From: Promethearchaeota archaeon
Lineage (GTDB): Archaea; Asgardarchaeota; Lokiarchaeia; Sigyniarchaeales; SOKP01
Direction of reading: 5' to 3'
DNA: 11,302 nucleotides
Assembly: GCA_019058015.1 (NCBI GenBank)
Contig: JAHLWH010000081.1
Coordinates: 1 to 11,302, forward strand
In this document: piece after piece, positions 1-6,546 of the stretch
Numbering within the stretch: the stretch's first letter is position 1
Layout of the letters: each line of letters starts with the position of its first letter
Notes under the pieces: model-generated
Told to the model about the DNA's origin: nothing
Databases searched by the model: none
Seen by the model: only the letters and a program-made list of their open reading frames with translations
Made by a program: the position numbers and the translations under genes

Positions 1-387
1 AATGTAGGGCACAGAATGCGCGAGTTCTAATGCACGTTCAGCTGTCACCATCATAGCGGCCGCTACCATGTCGATCGTACCTGCTTTACAAGATTCAATT
101 AGGAGATCAAAGCCTATATTTTGCATCTCAAGCGTAACATTGAGTTCATCTGCAATCATTTTTGATAGAGCGATGTCGAAACCAGTCCATTCATCCGTAG
201 TTATGTTGTATAGCTCGAAGGGTGGCCAAGGTGCATCAGTTCCAACAATCAGTTTGCCTCTCGCCTTAATCGTATCGACTAGCGTTACACGTGGTGGTGC
301 AGGTAGTAATGCGGGTATGAACCATCCAGCAGCGAACCCTGCCACTATGCAGACAATCACTACTATTGCTGTAATTCCTTTCTTCAT
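1..387 (-). CDS. Polar amino-acid ABC transporter substrate-binding protein (SBP family 3), N-terminal 129 aa; runs off the window edge
   Basis: Not in the ORF track. Hand translation from ATG at 387: MKKGITAIVVIVCIVAGFAAGWFIPALLPAPPRVTLVDTIKARGKLIVGTDAPWPPFELYNITTDEWTGFDIALSKMIADELNVTLEMQNIGFDLLIESCKAGTIDMVAAAMMVTAERALELAHSVPYI. An N-terminal membrane anchor is followed by family-3 SBP motifs (RGKLIVGT..wPPFE, GFDI, G.ID, T.ER, S.PY). Confidence 0.93.
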   Translation of the reverse strand, partial: MKKGITAIVVIVCIVAGFAAGWFIPALLPAPPRVTLVDTIKARGKLIVGTDAPWPPFELYNITTDEWTGFDIALSKMIADELNVTLEMQNIGFDLLIESCKAGTIDMVAAAMMVTAERALELAHSVPYI

Positions 388-389
388 TT

Positions 390-449
390 TTATTTCATTT
401 TATTTTGTTTTGATTTATTTTAATTTAATTTGTTTCATTTTATTTTATT
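390..449. repeat. Degenerate pentanucleotide tandem array, 12 units, consensus TTATT (AATAA on minus)
   Basis: Units read ttatt tcatt ttatt ttgtt ttgat ttatt ttaat ttaat ttgtt tcatt ttatt ttatt, with a purine at position 3 of every unit and no indels. Confidence 0.8.
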
Positions 450-459
450 TTTGTCTGAA

Positions 460-475
460 TATATAAAGATTTCTG
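460..475 (-). promoter_or_regulatory. Archaeal BRE/TATA promoter of the SBP gene
   Basis: Minus strand reads CAGAAATC-TTTATATA (TATA box at 467-460), about 70 nt upstream of the ATG at 387. Confidence 0.6.
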
Positions 476-554
476 TTTTTGTTTATGAAATACGAATTGT
501 CTTTAATCTAAAAATTTTTATTATTCATCAACAAGATGTAGTATCAAACATTAA

Positions 555-1031
555 TACATTAATTGCAACAGAATTATAAAAAATTGGGATGCTTTGTCGT
601 ATATTTTGAGTATAAATCTAGATACGCATACTTACCGTGAATATTATACTTACAGCACAAACAGTGATCGTGACTTAGGAATTTTCGAAGGGAGGAATAA
701 CACACTCGGATATCTTCAATACAAGATTATCTAGGTGTCAAACAGTTCATTAAATACAATTAAACCAATTATTATCAATGGACACCCTAAATATATTTTT
801 ATTGATGGACAGAGACCAATCAATTAGCTAACCTTTCCGAAATATAACTACTACAATCCACTTATTATTAGTACGCAGAGATATGGTGAATTAACTGAAG
901 AATCACAAATTAAAGATTTCATCTTTGCAATCATCAATCATGAGAAGATACCTAACCTTCAGACTCAAATTTTAAGATATCTTATTAGTAGATATTATTT
1001 AAATACTTTAAACAATATTAAATTAATATAA
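555..1031 (+). pseudogene. Cryptic 158-codon reading frame with two in-frame TAG codons (gene relic or amber-recoded CDS), function unknown
   Basis: The frame is bounded by TAA at 552-554 and TAA at 1029-1031. Its only internal stops are TAG at 732-734 and TAG at 825-827. It has no ATG, and it may join the upstream open frame 424-579 through a one-base frameshift near 577-583. Confidence 0.55.
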
Positions 1032-1065
1032 TTTAGATAACATTAATTTAAGAGAATTCTTATAA

Positions 1066-1653
1066 ATTAAAAAACGCTTTAATATTGGCGTTATCACATT
1101 CTATGAAGATAATTATAATTATAATCTAAATAAACTTTATAATGATTTCTTAAAAGAACCGAAAGTAAAAAAGTTATTATTTAAATCAGATTATAAACAA
1201 ATTTGGATGAGTTCTTTTCCTTTACCAAGAACAGGAGTATTAGAGAAAAGCTTATATGGAAATAATTTAATGATCGTGGGTGATGCTGCAGGTTTTACAT
1301 CTCCAATAAGTGGAGAAGGGTTACATGCTTGTGTAATATCTGGAAAGGTTGCAGCTGAAACAGCGATTAATGCTTTTGAAATAGAAGACTTCTCCGAAAA
1401 GGCACTAAAAAAATATAAGTTTAATACTAATCTAAAAAAAATAATTAGAAACTTTAAATTAAAATGGTCACTTGCAGATTTTTTTTATGAAAAAGAGGGG
1501 AGTAATCTAAATACAATTTTTAAATTGGCTGAAAACGATTCAAAATTTAGAAAAACGGTAACAGATATCTTTTCATTTAACGCAACTCCTCCAAAAGACT
1601 TTTTTTCAAGAATAAAAAATGCAAATAGAAATAAGCTAGAATTAAATAAATAA
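1066..1653 (+). pseudogene. 5'-truncated geranylgeranyl reductase family FAD oxidoreductase (C-terminal half only)
   Basis: Contains the GGR-family motif IVGDAAGFTSPISGEGL. The frame stays open upstream of the listed ATG at 1207 back to TAA 1063-1065 (IKKRFNIGVITF..., matching the NvG segment after the family WiFP motif). The N-terminal GxGxxG Rossmann region is absent. Confidence 0.78.
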
Positions 1654-1689
1654 AAATGAAAATTCTTTCTCCATCTTCTTTATAATAAT

Positions 1690-2802
1690 TCAACTAATTT
1701 CTCGTAACAATTCATCAATTAGGTCTAAACCAGCTAAAAAATATTTTTTTTCAGAACCAATACCAAGGCGTATATAGTTGTCCATCCCGAAACAGTCGCC
1801 GGCTACAACAAAAACATCCTTTTCTTCTCTGAGTTTAGTGGAGAGTTCTGTGGAATTGATTTTTATATTATACCGCAAAAATGCCATACCTCCTGCATGC
1901 GGGGGTATGAAATGAAAGAGCTCCTTATGTTTTTTAACCCATTCCACTAATGTACCTAGATTTCCACTCAATAATTTCCGATTACGACTTAATACTTTCT
2001 TCCTTAATTCGGGTTGCAAAACTAAAGTTGCAACTCGTTGGCTAATAAGGTTTGTAGCAATAGTTGTATAATCACTATAACTCCATGCTTTCTCAATAAA
2101 CTTTTTTGGTCCAACCAACCAACCAATCCTTAAACCTTGAAGCGCATAGGCTTTAGCGAGTCCGCCGTTAACAATAACTTTTTCATATTGTCCCCAAAAA
2201 GTAGGTGTTTCCTTACCACTTAATTCTGCACCACGGTATATTTCATCAACATATAACCAAATATTTGCCTTTCTTGCTAAATGAACAATAGCCTTCATTG
2301 CTTCTTTACTTAATACGGCCCCTGTGGGATTATTTGGATTACAGATGGCAATCATTTTTGTTTTGAGTGTTATTTGAGATTTTAATTCATCGATATCAGG
2401 TTGCCAATTTAATTCTTCTTTTAGATGAAAGGGTTTAATATTAACCCCAAAAGAACGAGCAAGTCCAAAAATCTGCATATAGTTTGGCAACATGAATATT
2501 AATTCATCATTTGGTTCTAAAAGGCTCCATATGGTTAAAAAATTTGCTTCAGCAGAACCATTTGTCACTAAAACATGATCTAAATCTGCCCCAGGATATA
2601 AAGAACTAATTGTTTTTCTTAATTCTATAGGACCATTTGTCTGACCATATCCAAGTCGCATAGTAAGTATTTTTTCTAATTCATCTTCGTTTAACAACTC
2701 TTTTAGTGAATAAGGGTGAACACCACTTTCAGTCAAATTATATTTAACTGTATTTTCCCATAATGATTGGGTTCTTTCAAGCATAAATTCTTCTAATTTC
2801 AT
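1690..2802 (-). CDS. PLP-dependent aminotransferase class I/II (aspartate aminotransferase superfamily)
   Basis: 370 aa with VTNGSAEA, ICNPNNPTG, VDEIY and GLAKAYALQGLRIGW (PLP lysine), plus C-terminal YIRLG. Confidence 0.95.
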   Translation of the reverse strand: MKLEEFMLERTQSLWENTVKYNLTESGVHPYSLKELLNEDELEKILTMRLGYGQTNGPIELRKTISSLYPGADLDHVLVTNGSAEANFLTIWSLLEPNDELIFMLPNYMQIFGLARSFGVNIKPFHLKEELNWQPDIDELKSQITLKTKMIAICNPNNPTGAVLSKEAMKAIVHLARKANIWLYVDEIYRGAELSGKETPTFWGQYEKVIVNGGLAKAYALQGLRIGWLVGPKKFIEKAWSYSDYTTIATNLISQRVATLVLQPELRKKVLSRNRKLLSGNLGTLVEWVKKHKELFHFIPPHAGGMAFLRYNIKINSTELSTKLREEKDVFVVAGDCFGMDNYIRLGIGSEKKYFLAGLDLIDELLREIS

Positions 2803-2859
2803 GAAATTTTCTCTTTTTTCTTTTTTCTCAATTTAATTTATTATAAAATTTTATCACTC

Positions 2860-3828
2860 CTAACTATTAGAAAGTAAAGCTTCATATACTGCTTTTGAAA
2901 TTTGAATATCTTGAACAGCTACTCCGGTTAAATCTGCAACGGTAATCTCTTCATCTGAAGCACGTTGCAATGTTTTATTAGAAATCAAAACTCCTAATTC
3001 AATTAAATCTTCCTTTATAATCATACCATTTTTCATTGCACGAAAACATTCCCCGCGTGATTGAGACTGATCGATGCTGTCAACTATAACCCTATCTGCT
3101 TTTTTTAAGATTGCGGAATCTAACTCTTGTTTTTCAGGAGTATCCGATCCCATAGCTGTGATATGAGTGCCTTTCTGGATTTGATCCGCATATATCAACG
3201 GAGTCTTTGAAGGCGTGCATGTGACGATAAGATTACAAGTCGAAGTTACATCCTCTGTATTTAAAGTCGTTTTAATATTATAACCTAATGGGCTCATATC
3301 TTTTTTGTATGCATCTATTTCCTGTTGTGTTATGCCACAGACAATAACATCCTTACAATCTATAATAGTTTTTAAATATTGTAGCTGCATTCTTCCCTGA
3401 ACGCCAGGGCCAACAATTCCTATTCGATAAACCTTTTTTGGAGCCATATATTTAGCTACAACTGCACCCGCAGCCGCAGTTCTCACATTGGTAAGATGCC
3501 CCTCATCAAGTAAAATGCAAATTAATTCTCCTGTTTTTTGACTAAATAACAGCATAAGCCCACTATATCCGGGGAGACCTATTTTTGGATTATCGTAAAA
3601 ACCAGCAGCTATTTTAATAATATAATAATCATCTCCTTTAATATATCCGTATTTAATATGGCAATCACCCGGAGGATTCTCAAAAATCATTTCACCAATC
3701 GGGGGTACTACTACTTTACCCTGAGAATAAGCAACAAATCCTTCTTCAATTTTTTGTATCGGATCAATTGATTTCAAAATTTCTTTAATTTGTTCTAATT
3801 TTATTATTTTACTCATTTTTTTATTCAT
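2860..3828 (-). CDS. Ornithine cyclodeaminase / mu-crystallin family protein (NAD(P)-dependent imine reductase or archaeal alanine dehydrogenase-like)
   Basis: 322 aa with LTNVRTAAAGAV, IVGPGVQG (Rossmann), GTHITAMGSD..KQELD and DLTGVAVQD. The true start may be the second Met at 3816. Confidence 0.93.
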   Translation of the reverse strand: MNKKMSKIIKLEQIKEILKSIDPIQKIEEGFVAYSQGKVVVPPIGEMIFENPPGDCHIKYGYIKGDDYYIIKIAAGFYDNPKIGLPGYSGLMLLFSQKTGELICILLDEGHLTNVRTAAAGAVVAKYMAPKKVYRIGIVGPGVQGRMQLQYLKTIIDCKDVIVCGITQQEIDAYKKDMSPLGYNIKTTLNTEDVTSTCNLIVTCTPSKTPLIYADQIQKGTHITAMGSDTPEKQELDSAILKKADRVIVDSIDQSQSRGECFRAMKNGMIIKEDLIELGVLISNKTLQRASDEEITVADLTGVAVQDIQISKAVYEALLSNS

Positions 3829-4494
3829 ATATTTCTCTCTTTTTAAGGGGATTTAAATATTATTATCAATATCAATTTAAATTTTTTAAGATTATAAATC
3901 TACCAGAATGAATTTATTAAACTAGTTATAATCATATAAATTGATTTTTCTTCTCTTGTATTCCTTAAAATAAAGTATAATTGAAATTATAAATTGTTTT
4001 TCTAGTTTCATATATTACCATTTTTAAAAACATCAATGAAAATTTTTGATCTTGATCAATAAAAAAACTAACATTTATGCAATTTTTAGGAAAAATGGTT
4101 TTAAAAAAATCCAAAAAGAATATTCTTCATTCCGATTTCATTTCTTTTTCCTTACATTTCTGACTAATTTGGGAATAATTTCATATATATTGAAATTTTT
4201 TTGGAATAATTTTTTAATACCACTATTTTCCCATTTATAACAATTTATATTAAATTCAATTTGAATATTCTTCTTTTACCACTTAATATAATATCAAGTT
4301 ATAATTTATCGATTTTATTAGTATTCAATCTTATTTTTTAAGATAATCCTGTTTAATATGTGGATTTTCAAAAATACGAAATTCTTATACAAAATAATCA
4401 AATTATGGAAATGAAAAAATCAAAAATGTGAATGAAAAAGGAATAAAAATTAAGAAACTTCATGATTTATTAGAAATCACTCAATTTTCTGCTC

Positions 4495-4509
4495 CAAAAG
4501 CTTTAAATA
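4495..4509 (+). promoter_or_regulatory. Archaeal BRE/TATA promoter upstream of the 4566 gene
   Basis: CAAAAGC-TTTAAATA (TATA at 4502-4509). A GAGTGA SD-like motif lies at 4551-4556 before the ATG at 4566. Confidence 0.5.
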
Positions 4510-4565
4510 CTAGATTGTTGTTAATAATTTTAAATAATAAAAAAAATTATGAGTGATAAAAAAAT

Positions 4566-4904
4566 ATGAGTCAAAAAGTTGAACCAAAAATTGAAAGTGT
4601 TTTAACTGAAATTCAGAAAGTTAAAATTTTCAATTTAGTTAGATATGTTTCAAAAAATACTTGCAAACGAGTTTGTCCAGAAATCTTAGATATGCTTTTA
4701 AATAGTGAAAAAGGAAAGTTAAAAAGCAACTTAGGTAAAAGTATATTTCATTTACAGCGAGTAGAAAGACTTAACTCAACTATTGGTTTAGAAAGATTAA
4801 TTGAAGCAGGATTATTAGTTGATACTGATGGACTTCTCAAAATTTTAGAATCATCTGAGCAAGATGCAAAAGACTTAGCAAGTGAAATGAGAGAAATTCT
4901 CTAA
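4566..4904 (+). CDS. Hypothetical helical protein (112 aa) with a CxxxC motif
   Basis: Clean ORF with protein-like composition, promoter and SD upstream, and a T-rich tract downstream. No family recognised. Confidence 0.8.
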   Translation: MSQKVEPKIESVLTEIQKVKIFNLVRYVSKNTCKRVCPEILDMLLNSEKGKLKSNLGKSIFHLQRVERLNSTIGLERLIEAGLLVDTDGLLKILESSEQDAKDLASEMREIL

Positions 4905-4916
4905 TAATAAACAAAA

Positions 4917-4953
4917 TTTTTTTAAATTCTTTTACTTTTTTATCTTTAATTTT
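4917..4953 (+). terminator. T-rich archaeal-type terminator candidate
   Basis: Successive T runs directly after the stop at 4904 (ttttttt..ttcttttactttttt..). Confidence 0.35.
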
Positions 4954-4996
4954 AATCAATATTAATATAATCTAGATCTCCTATTTAATATATTAA

Positions 4997-5575
4997 ATGA
5001 GTATTGAAATGTTTCAGGGATTTAATGAACAAATATCAGTTTTAGTTTCTCCTGTTAGATTTGATACATTTTCTTCATCTAGTTTTTGTGAACTAAAAAT
5101 AAAAAGTTCTGAGCAAATTAATCTAAAAAAAGGCGATTTTATTAAAATTTTTGGAAAAAAAAGGGCAACCGTATGCAAGATTAAAAAAATTTCATATGGC
5201 TATAAAGATAATAATATATGCCTTCCATATAAGATAAGAAATAAGTATGGTATTAATCTTAATGATTTCATTCGAATTCAAACTTTTCCTAAAAAGACTG
5301 CTAAATATGTTAAGATAACTCCAGTAGATTTAGATTTTAAACCAACAAAAAAAGTTATTAAATTTATAAGAAAGAAGCTTTTAGACATGCCATTGGTAAA
5401 AAATGATATAATATTAATCAATATTGGTTTTAAAAGACAAATTGATTTTGAGGTTTTGAATATTCAACCCACAAGTCCTGCACAAATATCTACAGGAACA
5501 GTTATAGATATGGTTTTGTCATATCATCAAGAAAAGAAAATTAAGGAAAAACTTATTTTGACTCTGACGATTTAA
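4997..5575 (+). CDS. Stand-alone Cdc48/p97/VAT N-domain protein (double-psi beta-barrel plus CDC48_2 subdomain), no AAA ATPase
   Basis: LKKGDFIKIFGKKRATV and ICLPYKIRNKYGINLNDFIRI resemble the two halves of CDC48_N. AKYVKITP..FIRKKLLDMPLVKNDII..FEVLNIQP..ISTGTVI resembles CDC48_2. The ORF ends at 192 aa with no Walker A/B motif. Confidence 0.8.
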   Translation: MSIEMFQGFNEQISVLVSPVRFDTFSSSSFCELKIKSSEQINLKKGDFIKIFGKKRATVCKIKKISYGYKDNNICLPYKIRNKYGINLNDFIRIQTFPKKTAKYVKITPVDLDFKPTKKVIKFIRKKLLDMPLVKNDIILINIGFKRQIDFEVLNIQPTSPAQISTGTVIDMVLSYHQEKKIKEKLILTLTI

Positions 5576-6513
5576 ACATTTTTTAATTGCCAAATTTTAA
5601 TGGTTTTGTCTATACTCCCACTTATAATGTAATATTTAGGCGTTTGAGTTTTGTATTGATCAATTTTAATTAATTTTATGGATTCAATTTTATCTTCATG
5701 AGCAGGAATTTTAAAAATTTCTTGAAACGGCGAAATTGAATAAATATATAAATTGGTACCTCCCAGGATTAAAAAAAACTTTCCATCACTTTGAAATATC
5801 TCAAATGAATTTAATGATTCTTTAAGTTGTTTGGAAAATAATAATTTAACATTACTAATGTCCCAACCAAAAACTCCTCCATAATTGTCAATTCCAACTA
5901 GGAGATTTTGACTTGATATGAATTTAAGATCCATAATAGGACCTCCTCCTCTTAGAAACATTTTCTCTTCATTCATTTTCAAGTCCCACAGTATTATTTT
6001 AGAGTCAAAAGTTCCTAAAAATAAAGTTGATTCGTTTTCTGTGCAAGATATTGAATGAACAGGAAAATTATATTCTTTAATAATTGATAAGATGTGAAAA
6101 TTTTTTAGATCCCAAAATATTATTTGACAATCAAATCCAGTAGAAATTAATTGATTCGATTTTTCAAGATAAAAAAGTTTTTGAACATAATCTAAATGAC
6201 TTTCTAAATATAAATTACAATATAATGTATTTGCTTTATTCTCCCAAATTTTTATAGTTTTATCTAAGCTAGATGAAAAAAGAGTCGAATATTTCTCAAT
6301 AAAAAGTATATCGGTTATCCATTTCTTATGTGCATTGATAGAATTTAATAGTTTTGGTGTTCCAATAGAATTATCTTTATTTATATTTAGATCCCAAATT
6401 TTTATCGTTTTATCTAATGATCCACTATATAAAATACATTTATTTTCGTCAAAAGCTAAAGAACTTATCCCTAATGTATGCTCCTGCAATTGATAAAGTT
6501 GGGATAATTCCAT
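5572..6513 (-). CDS. WD40-repeat beta-propeller protein (about 7 blades)
   Basis: Repeats EH..SGSLDKTIKIWD, AH..SSSLDKTIKIWE, SH..STGFDCQIIFWD, LGTFDSKIILWD, FGWD and AH..SGSIDKTIKIWQ within 313 aa. Confidence 0.95.
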   Translation of the reverse strand: MELSQLYQLQEHTLGISSLAFDENKCILYSGSLDKTIKIWDLNINKDNSIGTPKLLNSINAHKKWITDILFIEKYSTLFSSSLDKTIKIWENKANTLYCNLYLESHLDYVQKLFYLEKSNQLISTGFDCQIIFWDLKNFHILSIIKEYNFPVHSISCTENESTLFLGTFDSKIILWDLKMNEEKMFLRGGGPIMDLKFISSQNLLVGIDNYGGVFGWDISNVKLLFSKQLKESLNSFEIFQSDGKFFLILGGTNLYIYSISPFQEIFKIPAHEDKIESIKLIKIDQYKTQTPKYYIISGSIDKTIKIWQLKNV

Positions 6514-6546
6514 TTTTTAATTTACATTATTTATTTTTAATATGAA

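Noticed and set aside
68-466. Listed 132-aa plus-strand ORF
   Set aside because: Antisense shadow of the SBP gene. Its F/I/Y-rich tail is the translated pentamer array.
1108-1127. Short TAATTA tandem repeat
   Set aside because: Encodes DNYNYN inside the GGR-like frame and is too short and AT-rich to be significant.
1690-1692. TGA ending the aminotransferase as possible selenocysteine
   Set aside because: The fold is already complete at this point, and read-through adds only a short non-conserved-looking tail.
4046-4240. Listed 64-aa ORF
   Set aside because: TTG start, F/K/I/N low-complexity composition and no SD or motif, typical of a chance ORF in AT-rich DNA.
3829-4565. Replication origin or CRISPR array in the long AT-rich spacer
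   Set aside because: No repeated ORB-like boxes with G-strings, no adjacent orc1/cdc6, and no regularly spaced 25-40 nt repeats.
4549-4569. Six-codon uORF (MSDKKI) overlapping the 4566 start
   Set aside because: Explained by the SD-like GAGTGA and A-rich spacer, with no regulatory codon pattern.
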